Notes: generated by a model from the sequence alone, not told the origin. Shown: positions 24,935 to 36,039, numbered from the stretch's first letter. The stretch: DNA of 64,000 nt from Phallusia mammillata (GCA_965637545.1 OZ281496.1:29388001-29452000), one strand, 5' to 3'. Made by a program: numbers and translations.

Positions 24935-25065
24935 ACGGATCTGTTCATAAGTTTAATGATGAAAATAACGGCCCAAATAGACGTAAAAAGCGACAAACGT
25001 TTGAACAATAAAGCATGCCGCTTTTTACGTCTATTAGGCAGTTATTTTCATCATAAAAACTTATG
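24935..25065. repeat. Palindromic (foldback/MITE-like) element; partial second copy at 31427-31486
   Basis: 47-bp arms 24946-24992 and 25019-25065 are near-perfect inverted repeats around a 26-nt spacer. AATAAAGCATGCCGCTTTTTACGTCTATT recurs at 31427, followed by CTTATGAAAAGGTCCGT, the reverse complement of the left terminus. Confidence 0.75.
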
Positions 25066-27373
25066 GTCCATTGTTTTTTAGAGATTAACAATACCTTTAG
25101 GCTAATGTTGACGCACTAAAATACCCAATTTTCCACTTCCAAAAGGACAAACCCTATATTTGTAGTTAGTTGAATTTCCTATGCAAAACTTGACCAACCA
25201 ATCAATTAAAATGTAGATTGCGCTTCTTCACCGCAACGCTAAGTTTTAAGCAATTATCGTGGTGTGCGGCATTCCCTGGAAATTAGTTTTTGCAAATTCA
25301 GCTCTAATTACGCGTTATGTTCGCGTACGTGCTGAGTAAGATAACGTTCCTACTACGAGCCTGGAAAACATTTCACCACCAACAAAAAGTTTCTATTTTA
25401 AGAAAAATTCTGGGTTCGAAGGTTTATCTATGAGGGGAATACCCTCTTGTATAGATTGTTTGGGATTTTCCGCGCTTGGGTTTTAGGCGGGTTCGCTTAT
25501 TTTAAGCAGTAACTGCCGTTAAAATAGAGTATGTTGACTCAAATAAATTGAAAGATTCCAATAAATTTCTATGACTTAGGCTATCGCGTCTTTTTCTATT
25601 TTCGGCAACGCGGTATTGGTCACTGCTGTTTCAACTTGAGTTTTCAACCTATAACTGTATTTTGCAGGAACAAATACAAAATAATCACATGATATATATC
25701 TTTTAACTTGCAAAAATCATTGACATTAATTACTTTAAGTCACAAGACCGTAAACAGAAAGTTTTTTGAATTGCGTCCAGCTGATACAAAATTGCATGGC
25801 GTCTGCAAATGAAGTTGTTGCGCTGCAAAAAAAACACAACAAAATTTGCAAGGAGATATTAATTTGCATAACGCGCAAACAATCGAATTACACAAAACGC
25901 CACCAGCTGAGCGCACTGGACGTGTAATATCCGTTCACCAATCGTGAGAAATGAAAAACTAAATATATATATCCGGTCTATTCAAGACGGGGATGGCGAA
26001 ATACTTGCACATACGTTGCTCTTATCCGGATGAAGTCGCCCTTACCTCACACATCTATAGCGCAATTTCGTGTTGCAAAAGACGTATTTTTAGTATAGTC
26101 TGTTATACTTGATTGGAGGTGTGAAAAAAAATTAAACGGTCACCCGACGAATTATCACAGGACATGGGACCACCAGTTTGGACTGTATATTGTCATAAGA
26201 TGCACGCGCCCACCTATGACTGCGGGTAAACGCATGACAATTAATCACATGATTGATTGGCCAGATATTACAGGGGATATACCAAGGTTTTCTGGCCTTG
26301 CATTGGGTCGGGTAAATTCAGGCGGCTTTAATTTTGCAGGATGATGCAACTTGCCGTAAGATTTTTTTTAATCATGGGTTGTGATCAGCGTGCAACGTTC
26401 AGTGGTCGTATCGCAGGGTGAAGAAACGGTCATCGCTGCCAAATTTGGGACGGGTTTGTGCGTGTGTTGCCAAAAACTTTGACCAAGCATCTAGTTTATT
26501 AAACTGAACCAACGTTCCCCCAAACTCTGAGACACATGAGCTCCCTGATTGAGTACACCATATTCCAGAGTATAAGCGGGTCTGTACTGGAGACCGAACC
26601 TGAAAGTGCAATTGCACTTGCTTAAGCCCGAAATCCAAGCCAAACACGAATCAAAAAACAAACACCGTTTCAAGCAAAACATAGAATTTTTTTTAAAATA
26701 TGGTATTAGATTTTTTTTAAATGCATCAAATGTGAAGAGTTGAGCCCGAATTGAGCTTGGTTGATTGGAACTCAAACCCAAACAAAGTCAACCCCGAACC
26801 TTGTCCAACTTACAACTCTGCTGGAAGCAGCACGTTATTGGTCCAAGTAATTTGCAGTCTGTAATGTATTTTTACTGCACGATATATTTATATAGTGCTG
26901 TTTCTATTTTTGTACGCTTGTTAGAAACGGCATCCGTCTATTTTGGGCTCATCGTGGCATATTTATTTGAGTAATCATCCATTTAACAAACAAAGCCATA
27001 CTAACAGTAAGTATTTACCCAATACACGTTACAGATGCAACCAATTTTCTTGTAATCGGTGCACGCGTTTCTGCAAAAAGCGCACTCGCCATTGCAGCGA
27101 AGCGTTCCATTCATTCAGCAGCTAAGGTGACGTGGAGGTTTTGACGTGAGTCAGTTTTTCCAATGACATTTAAAGCAGCACTGATGCACCCGTGAAAAAC
27201 ATAACCCGCTGAACTCATTGACCCTATAATGCGCATAAACCTTCAGTTTCAAAGAAATACCTCGGTGTAAACGCCTACTTATTTATAAGAAACTTTAAAT
27301 TGGACTTTGGGCAGCCAGGGACGTTAGCGTACAACCTTATGTTTATACGTAGAAACAAGAATTAAGATCTATA

Positions 27374-27550
27374 CAATAAAACTCGGTTAATTCGAATCTT
27401 CTCCGAATTCGGACAAAACTTGAGGTAGGCCCTACAAATAATTTGTAATGTGGTAGTGCTTAAATTGGATATCGGTTAGTCCGGATCGTCGCCTAATCCG
27501 GACAATTTGTTCGGTCAAATCGTGTCAGGATTCGATGTTAACTTTATTTA
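27374..27550. mobile_element. Degenerate pogo/Tigger-like MITE (same family as 62486-62653, opposite orientation)
   Basis: Starts TA|CAATAAAACTCGGTTAATTCGAA; internal TCGCCTAAT and CAATTTGTTCGGTCAAA match the reverse complement of the 62.5-kb element; the right end is decayed. Confidence 0.55.
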
Positions 27551-30500
27551 TTTAAAAAAAATGAATTGAATTTGGCAGTCATTCTGGGGTAATTAGTTTA
27601 AACTGCATTAACACGTTAAGCAATTGACCAGAAAAGCAGCCAAGAACATAAAATGCATGCTTAAAATAAACCCACTCATTGCCATTGGACACGGTATCTC
27701 AGGCGACTAACACGTGAACGGGCGTGTGTATTAATAGAATCAAAATGAGCAATACACCACGCAACACTCACGCGCATTGAGAGTGATTGATTGCTTTCAA
27801 AACGGGACACAAGCGTTCTTAACGTTCTATTCCACCTTGAATGAAAAGCCTAGCAAGTCTCGTGATCGACCGTTTCCGGTTTAGCCAAGGCACTGACAAA
27901 ATTACCACAGCACAACAAGTTAGCTGCCTCGATATATTAATTCGACTAAGTCACGCGCGCTGCCCAAGTATGGAAAGCTTTTTTCAAGTGGCGCTCGTTC
28001 TGCGTCCTGCAGTAGCGATAAACAACCACCGGATGTTTTTGTGCAAAAACTGTCCAGTGTTCTGCCGCGTCATGCGTGTTGTGTACTGGCTCGACGATGC
28101 AAATTTGCATGACCGAGACATTTTTGGCGCTTCCAGGCTTGTCAAGCGGCTATGAGACGGGAAGCTAAATGGCATAGAACGGTCAGTCTTAAATCGCGTG
28201 CCCACTTCTATGACGCCAATTAATTATGACGCAATTCAAGCATAAAAATATTTTGTTGCATAGCTTATATCAATGACTAGACTTCAATAAAATTGGTAAT
28301 GAGGAAAATGCGATCAATTTGGTGGTACACAGTTCATTTATACAACAAAACGTGCTTCAATAACTTAATAACTGCTCGTAGCATTCGTCATAAGGCTTAC
28401 ATGAACTGAAAAACAAGCGTACTCCCTTTTGTGTGTGACGTCACAAAGAAAAAAACATGTAATTACGGCCTGGATTGACATGCTGACGTCATAATTTAAT
28501 TAGGAAACCGGACGATAACTTGAATTTAAACCAGTAATTAGTTATTTGTTGTGTGGATATGAGACAGTTAAGTTATAAAAAAACCCTTACGCATTCCAAA
28601 TATCGTTTCGTGTAACACACTTAAAAAAAAGTTTTCCAAAAAAAACCTTCTACAATCTACAAAATTAGCGGTGGTGGAAATTGAACAATCAAACATGAGT
28701 TATTCAAAAGATCGGTCACGGTTGAGCGAGTGCACCTGTTTGGTAACAATCAAGGAGCGTTGCTTTACTCAGCTGTCCAGACAGATTGCTAAAATTACAG
28801 GGCTTGGCACAAAGTGACGCAATACCTGGTGTTGTTCATCCATTTTGACAAGTCAGATGCACAACAGGTGTGTTGTTTTGGTTGATAATTAATCGCCTAA
28901 ACTGGTTGTTATAACATTGGGTTCGCCTAAACTAGTTTTAGCATGACATTCGCCAAAATGGTAGAAGCCGTTGCCTTAAGACATTCTTACTAAACAGTTC
29001 TCTGCTGGTAAGTAATAGTTGCAATGTTTTACACATTTTAATGTAAAATCTAGCGAAGTTGTCCAATCGTAATTGTCACTATGAAATATGTAAAGTTAAA
29101 TCATGTTGGTTGGTCATAATGTAGGCTATAAAACGAAACTCCAGAGCAAATAATATTATGCAGAGGCGTAACGTTTGCAGCCAATGACTTTTTGACCTGA
29201 GTAGTTGCCATGAAACCTTTACCTGTCCAATTCTCCTCTGAGTCAGTATGACTATAACATCGCGAACACTGTAATCTCACTAGCCTACCCTCTTATATGG
29301 CCGCGTTGTTTATACTTCCTCAAGAGCCTTTAGTAATTCGAAACTTCAACGATATACAAGTGCAAACAAGTACGCCATTGTCATGTAAACAAAGTGTTGG
29401 TTGTTTGACTTATCTGATTTAATAATTTTTATCGAAAGTGATTTGGAAATTTTTTTGTTGTCTCTTACTCTCAAAATGTTGGAAGCAAAGTTATTAAAAA
29501 CGACAAAGTAGGCCTTATTGCATATCGTTTGCACGTTGAAGAGATGATTTAAACCAAAAAGTATCAAATTTGTGATTACCGCCAATTTAGATAAATTTGT
29601 TTTTATTACCCTCTAAATGTTAAAAGCAAAAATGAAACCACAAAGTATGCTTTACTATACGTTATTTGTACGTTTAAAGATAGTTGGAAAGGCCTTTTCA
29701 TAACGCCAATTCATTGAACAACAAGTTCAAATTATTTCCATAGATACTGATATGGCTTTGCTTATTGGTCAAATTAAACAAAGCAGTTGTAAGGAAATTG
29801 TTTGTTTTTTCGGTTGGAAACCACTCAAAAACATTCCATTGGCCTTAATAATGGAAACCAATTGCCTAATTAAAACACCGTAGCCCGAAATATGCTCAAC
29901 ATTGTGCAACAGCGCCAGCTATCGGAGACTGTGTATATAAATTACGTCATTATTGTAAGATGGAAATCAATTAAGCCAAACCGGATTCGGTATGTAACTT
30001 ATTTTAGGAAAAGACGTTAAGCTCATTGGATTTCAAACAATCCTGGGGGTAAGTGCACCGGAATTAAAGCCCTCTTTTCTGTTAAACAAACGCGCTGAGC
30101 GGACGAGCACTGCCTTATTGGTGGGTGTAGGGCGTCCCTATTGTTAACAGCGATACACGTGGAGAATAAAGGGTCATCATAACAAGAGGGTTACGTATTG
30201 TGCTATTTTTAGATCGCTTCTATGGGATTACATAAAGGTAAATGTTACTGTGCAAAGCATTGCCGATTCCACACAACTATTTAAGCGGCAAATTTATGTT
30301 GACATAGACATTACGTAATGATAACGAAGGCGTTTGCTTTTATGTAAACCTACACCACAGTTTGGGATTCACAACAACGACAAACAAAAGGCGTTTCTGA
30401 CGCAAAACCTCATTCCAAATTCGGTGCGATACCAAACTCGCGCTATTTTGTTATTATCACAGTAAAATCTTTGAAAACGTCCGTCAAAAATCAATAAAGC

Positions 30501-32187
30501 GAGTTTGACGACCAATCGCAGGCATGTCCATATTTGGAGAGCCGTTTTGGCGGATTATTTTTTCGCATTTCGCGGGAAAACAGGTTACAATGTGATTACG
30601 ACACGGTCATATGTTGTTTCGTATTCGATTACGTCACCATTTCTTTCGCACGAGATCTCTGGGTGCTCTGGATTTGTAACAGCTACAATTAAGGCCGACG
30701 CCCAAGTATGCGGCAAAATTGGAAGGAACATTTTTATGGAAAACAAAACCACGAAACTTACAGTGGTTGAATGTAGCCTTAGCGAAACTATTACATTAGG
30801 ACTAGTATTTATGATTAATCAAATAAAGAAGCTGTGTTTATTTAAGAGTTTTAACACCAAAATGTCTTACTAAAATGAAGTGCTCATACACTATTCTTAA
30901 TACAGAATAACCGCCAAACTAAAATGCCTAATTATTATGCGATACATCCACCAGTTTTTTTCCCTATTACTGCCATATGATTTGGATCAAACCTAAATAA
31001 TTTGTGTTCAAATATTACTTGGACCAGTTTAAGTGATACTTAACAAACTCGCCTATGACGTAAAAATCGAACAATAAAAAACGTCGTGACCAGACAACAG
31101 ATGCGACAGTTTTTCTTGCCGTGCGAAGTAATTAAGCATTACGTAAGCCCCAACCTTGCGATTCTGACAACTTAGTGGCGCAATGATTTCGACGTTTCAC
31201 AAACTTGGTGGAGAGTTTTATGGGTGCAATAAAACTGTTGTCCCATATTGACAGTGTACACATTGCGTAAAATGTGGTATTGTTAACCCCTTTAAGGTTA
31301 AAATTTCATTATTTCGGCATATTTTACGAAAAGATCTTGCAACCCACGGCTTTACAAATGCCACTAAAGTATTTTGGGTTAGGTATAGAAGCATAAATTA
31401 AGTGCCAGTTGCTGAAACGCCTGAATAATAAAGCATGCCGCTTTTTACGTCTATTTAGGCCGTCCGTAACTTATGAAAAGGTCCGTGCATATCCAAAGTG
31501 CCCTCAGTTTGGGTTATTTAGTAATCTGTAGCATTTTGTTATATCTGTTGATAAGGATTACCTATTTGCAAAATAACACAGGTAAGGTACAAATATTTAC
31601 ACTTTATTTCAACTTTTTTTGCGATATGTTACGAGCTTCAAGGGGCATTGCAATACAAATTACAAAGGGCGGGGAAAAAGACACGAACGAAAACAAGGCT
31701 ATTTTTTGTAGCAGGATTTTCGTTTGATATTTTTCACAATTTTTTTTCAATTTTTTTGCAATGACACAGGGCTGTACACACAACGCAAAAACACTCGGAA
31801 CTTTTCAACTCTCAAACATTTCCTAAAAAGGACCAACGTCACTGAAACTATGGCAACAGAAGAATGCTGCCGATATAAAACAAGAGGGTAGAAAATTTAG
31901 GCCAGTAGAAAAAAGAATTTAACTAAACCAGTAAATTAAAACATTCAAAGAATCCAATAAATAATGACAATTTCAGCTATGCAAACCAACTTTCTATCTT
32001 ATGTTGTAAGACGTTAAAAATGCAAATAGTGAAAACTATTGCATTTCATACAATGGTCTGTAAAAGTAAAGACAGTTTGACTATATTCATATTAAAAGTC
32101 AAACATAATAATCAATCCATACAACAGAGGAACTTTATGAAAACATCACACATCTCCAAAAGGTCGGTCCACAAATTAATTGGACAG

Positions 32188-33783
32188 TCATTTTTTGCTT
32201 TTTCCAGTCATCTCAGTCAGGAGTGTAGCTCTCGTCTCCTTTACTTCTTGCTCCAGTTCAACAATTTTCTTGCGCAAGAGCTCGTTATCATCAGTCAGCT
32301 CCTGCATCTTCTCCGCTGCCTCATCGCGCTGCACTTTGCGCTTCTTTCGCGACTCCCGACAAGCTTCGTTGTTCTTACTCCTCTTCCTGATGTAGGAGCT
32401 TGTTCTTTTCATCTTCGGGGTTTCAATGCTCGCTGAAGTCGCTGGCTCTTCTTTAGTCAAATCTACGACGACATTTTGAGGCACTTCTGGTTGCATGTCA
32501 CCAATTTCAATGGTTGAAAGGTCACTTTGGTCGACCACAATTTCCACAGCCTGTAAAGATAACAAATTATTATTTAGGTATCAAAGCTATAACCCTAATG
32601 TAGTCAAACAATTGCTGCTGCTCTTACATGTGGTAGGACTGGAATCTGCTGAAGTACGGATTCCAAGGTGAGGCTGTCCTCTCTAACCATCTCTTGTTGG
32701 ACCACAGAAGTTGTGTAGACATCAGTGACAACCATATTCATTTGGCATTCGACATCACTCACTGTGGTCTGTGTGCAGACACTTTCATCTGATGTTGTGT
32801 TGACTTGGTTATTGTTGTTGTTGTCATTGGTTTCTGCAGTGTCTGTTAAAGATTAGTTTGTTAAATCTCGGAAGTGGGTTAAAAATAAGATATTTATAAA
32901 GCACAAATGGTTGCGTACCTGAACAGTGTGTGATGACTGGTGCATCCGTGAAGTATGGCTCCAAGTTGACGGGATAAGAGCTGTACAAAGTTGCATCCTC
33001 TGAAGCGGCTCTGAGCCGGTTGTTAAGCGGAGGAGAGGGAACAAATTCACCTCCCCAGGACACATTACGATGCCGTGCCAAAGAGCTACTGGGAAGCTCT
33101 GCATGTGTGAAGGAAGGAGAAGGATGAGCAATGTGTGCATCATCATCCAAGAAGGGAGTTGGGATGGGCGACTCTTCATGGTATTCTTCTTCATTGTCAT
33201 TTGGGATTGGACCCAAAACTTCAAGTACCATGCTCAATGATGACTGCCTTTCCATCTCGGGGATGGAGTGGTATGCACTCTTTTGCTTCAAGAGTTCTGG
33301 GAATTCTTGCATGGAATGTTTAGGGGTTGAAGGATTAGGTGAAGTCAAAGGATAGTCACAGCTATCAAGCTGGCTGTATGGGGATTGTGCCCACAAGCTG
33401 TTGGTGCTGGGCGCTGGAGAGCATTTGTTTTCAATGTCTCTGCAATAGTCAGTTTCAGCGTAACCAACATTGTCATTGGACACAAGAGCGTCAAGAGTTT
33501 CCATGTCATTTGTCCGGTTCCAGGTCATGTTATAGGCATCCGGGATTTCTGTAATGTTTAAAAGAGCCAACATTAAAACCATGTCTACTATAACCAGAGT
33601 CTTATGTTTGGAATGTTTTTTACCTGACAGGTCGCTACCCACAGAAATAGGTAGGTCTGGGAAGCACTCCCCCAAAGTCACCTCTGGCTGGGGGCTCCCG
33701 GGGCTCTGGGGCAATTGCCCCGCCCCTGGGTTTTCCTCTCTGAGCAATGTTTCTGTCTGCATGATGCAAGTCGAACTGAGCAT
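32188..33783 (-). CDS. Orphan bZIP transcription factor B (C/EBP superfamily, CHOP/Xrp1-like), ~455 aa
   Basis: Exons (minus) 33624-33783, 32919-33548, 32628-32842, 32188-32550, phases 1/1/0, 1368 nt. Acidic S/P-rich N-terminus; bZIP YIRKRSKNNEACRESRKKRK..MQELTDDNELLRKKIVELEQEVKETRATLLTEM. Start is ATG 33783 or the in-frame ATG 33762. Confidence 0.88.
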
Positions 33784-34049
33784 TGGATTGTGAAGCAACC
33801 ATTCTGAAATAGGCAAATATAAGTTTTAATACACATTCTGCAATGATATAATCTTACAATTAGACTAAGTCCCCAATTAGAAACAAAACGTTTGACGTAC
33901 CTCACAAAAGCAAGTTCTATACACACATTCATCCACAAATGCAATAAGTTATACTGTTTTTAATGCACAAGGACTCAGGTCCCAACAAGTTAATTCACAA
34001 AAGCAACAAAACATGTACCAGCGCTGCGAGGAACGCGATCGTTGATCAT
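33635..34049 (-). other. Spliced 5' leader of bZIP-B with uORFs (uORF1 11 aa; overlapping out-of-frame uORF2 66 aa; 3-aa mini-uORF)
   Basis: Exon 1 ends at 34019 (donor GTACAT), exon 2 is 33901-33953, exon 3 starts at 33803. uORF1 ATG 34049 = MINDRVPRSAV*. uORF2 ATG 33932 (second in-frame ATG at 33802) stops at 33635-33637, past the main ATG. Mini-uORF ATG TGT GTA TAG at 33917-33928. Confidence 0.65.
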
Positions 34050-34166
34050 GTTCTGTGCTTTGTTTTCTTTTTGCAACAATAACAAACTTTCACGCGGATT
34101 GCTCTCTGAAGGTCTGCTCGGCTTAGCGACTGTCAAGTTGTGGGGCTAGCGCGGCGCGAACGTTTA

Positions 34167-34311
34167 TATTTATAGCCTGGCTTCGAGAGGGTAAAAACGT
34201 TTCTCAAACGTTTCGGGGCACTTTTTTCGCGTCACTTCTCTCGTTTCTAAGCACGCCCGGACATGTCCGAGCACGTTTGGCAAGGAAAAAGCATCATGTG
34301 ATGTGACGTCA
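34167..34311 (-). promoter_or_regulatory. bZIP-B proximal promoter: TATA box, triple p53-family half-site array, CRE
   Basis: TATAAATA on the minus strand at 34167-34174; AAGCACGCCC GGACATGTCC GAGCACGTTT at 34249-34278 (three abutting RRRCWWGYYY-like decamers, the central one perfect); TGACGTCA at 34304-34311. Confidence 0.65.
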
Positions 34312-36009
34312 AAAGCGACAACGCGACGCTTTCGGTACAATAACAACCCGGGAAGACCCCAGCCGGTAGAGCTGGCGCGTTGCTCACATTCCTAACAACG
34401 AATGCAATGACTTAATACCACGAAATTTGCACCCAAATATGCCAATCAGTTAACCTTAGCCGGTCGCAGTAAGTAAGTTTACCCGTCTTAAAGCGGTTAA
34501 CAATGGCAGAAATTTCGGGACAGTGCGAAGGACACCGCCCACGCCACTCCCGCCGGCGTCGCCGGGTGCAGTTGCACCAAAACAAGCCGCGATTGCGCAA
34601 CATGCGGCCTCATGGGAGCAATACTTGACCGGCGAAATAACTGCGGCTAAGGTGAAGCGAGCGACAATAACAAACTACCGGTAAAAACCGGACTTCTCCA
34701 GTTTGGCTGGACTTGAATTTTAGCGCTCAGGAAAGCGATTACGGGTGTCAACAATCACTTGGTTATTTATATGTCATGTTAACGCCTTATTACAGTTTTG
34801 TCATTGCATTTGCGTCCAACATACCGACAAAAATCTTTACACAAAATGGAAACGTTATGAATTTTAAGTTGAAAAACTTGAAACAGATTATTTATAACAC
34901 CAAAAACCTAAGATTGCGTTTGTTCTTAACACTAAACCCATTTTACCCCATGCAAACCATCACAAATCTCAAAACAGCTCACAGCAGCCATACAAGTTCA
35001 AACAATGCACAAATTTAGTAAAAAAAAACAACCTTTCACTTGCTCACCTGACAAACTTAGCCATTTGGCTTTTTGAGTTTTCTCGAAATGACCCCTTGGG
35101 GTTTCGGAACACTCCAGCAACGCCTAAGCGCGCTGATAGCGATTCATCTTTTTTGTGGGATTATAAAGTTGACAAAAACAGGACTTAGGAACTTGTAAAG
35201 ATTGAGAGTTCATAAAACAGTGCCAACCCATTGAAGTAAACAAGGAATCTGAGTGTAAAATCGTGCTTGACCAGTCGCAAATAGAAGGTGTTGTAGTAAT
35301 AATTGTCTCAGTAATTTGAAAATCAGAAGCAGCAAATGGGTGTGAAGAAGCCTCAGAAATCATCGGAAAAATCTCAAAATCAAGCAAATATACTGATGAC
35401 CAGGCGACCAGCTATTAGGACAGCCTCCCAGAAATTCTTTTCTCCAAATGGTGGTTTGCAAAAATTGTTAAGACCCAAGGTTGACAACAAAATTAACTAC
35501 TGATAACCAGCTTTAATACAGATATTTATTTGCTTTTTTTGTGTAATCTATCAATGCAAAATATACACTTCAATAAACACCAATTGTCCAACCAAAGCTA
35601 TTTTCATTATATATCTCCATTTCATAAAGTCTAAAGGTAATCTAGCTTACCCTAACACAAGTCAAGTTATTGGATGCTTTCTGTTATGTATCTATTTCTA
35701 TATTAACACAAACTGATTATATTTCTTTAGACGCAACTTGCCAGTAAAAGCTATTGTTTAAACACTGACAAGCGACAACCACAGAAAAACCACGTTTAAA
35801 ATTGTACAAGGGAAAACTTACAGGCTAATCAACTACCTTGTACAATCATTAGACCTGGTAGCCTTCACAACTTAACCAGCTCATAAACAATGGCATTCTA
35901 TAACCAACTTAAACTACATGTAGTTCCTGTACTGCTCGAAATACCCATGCCCAGACTGAACTGATGACGCCACGCTAAACGCTCAGTGACTATATGCCTG
36001 CGAAACGGA

Positions 36010-36039
36010 TGATGCAACATTACGCGAGCAGTGACGTCA
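36010..36039. promoter_or_regulatory. CARE + CRE cluster ~1.9 kb upstream of bZIP-B
   Basis: TGATGCAAC (36010-36018), ATTACGCGA and TGACGTCA (36032-36039) within 30 bp. Confidence 0.45.

Noticed and set aside
26604-26619. AAGTGCAATTGCACTT containing a miR-92-like seed
   Set aside because: Short perfect palindrome without a pre-miRNA-length hairpin or a mature-sequence match.
34400-34720. GC-rich block with partial self-complementarity upstream of bZIP-B, considered as RNase P/MRP or another structured RNA
   Set aside because: The P4 pseudoknot strands do not pair properly and no family motifs are recognisable; it contains CCAAT and C/EBP sites and fits promoter DNA.
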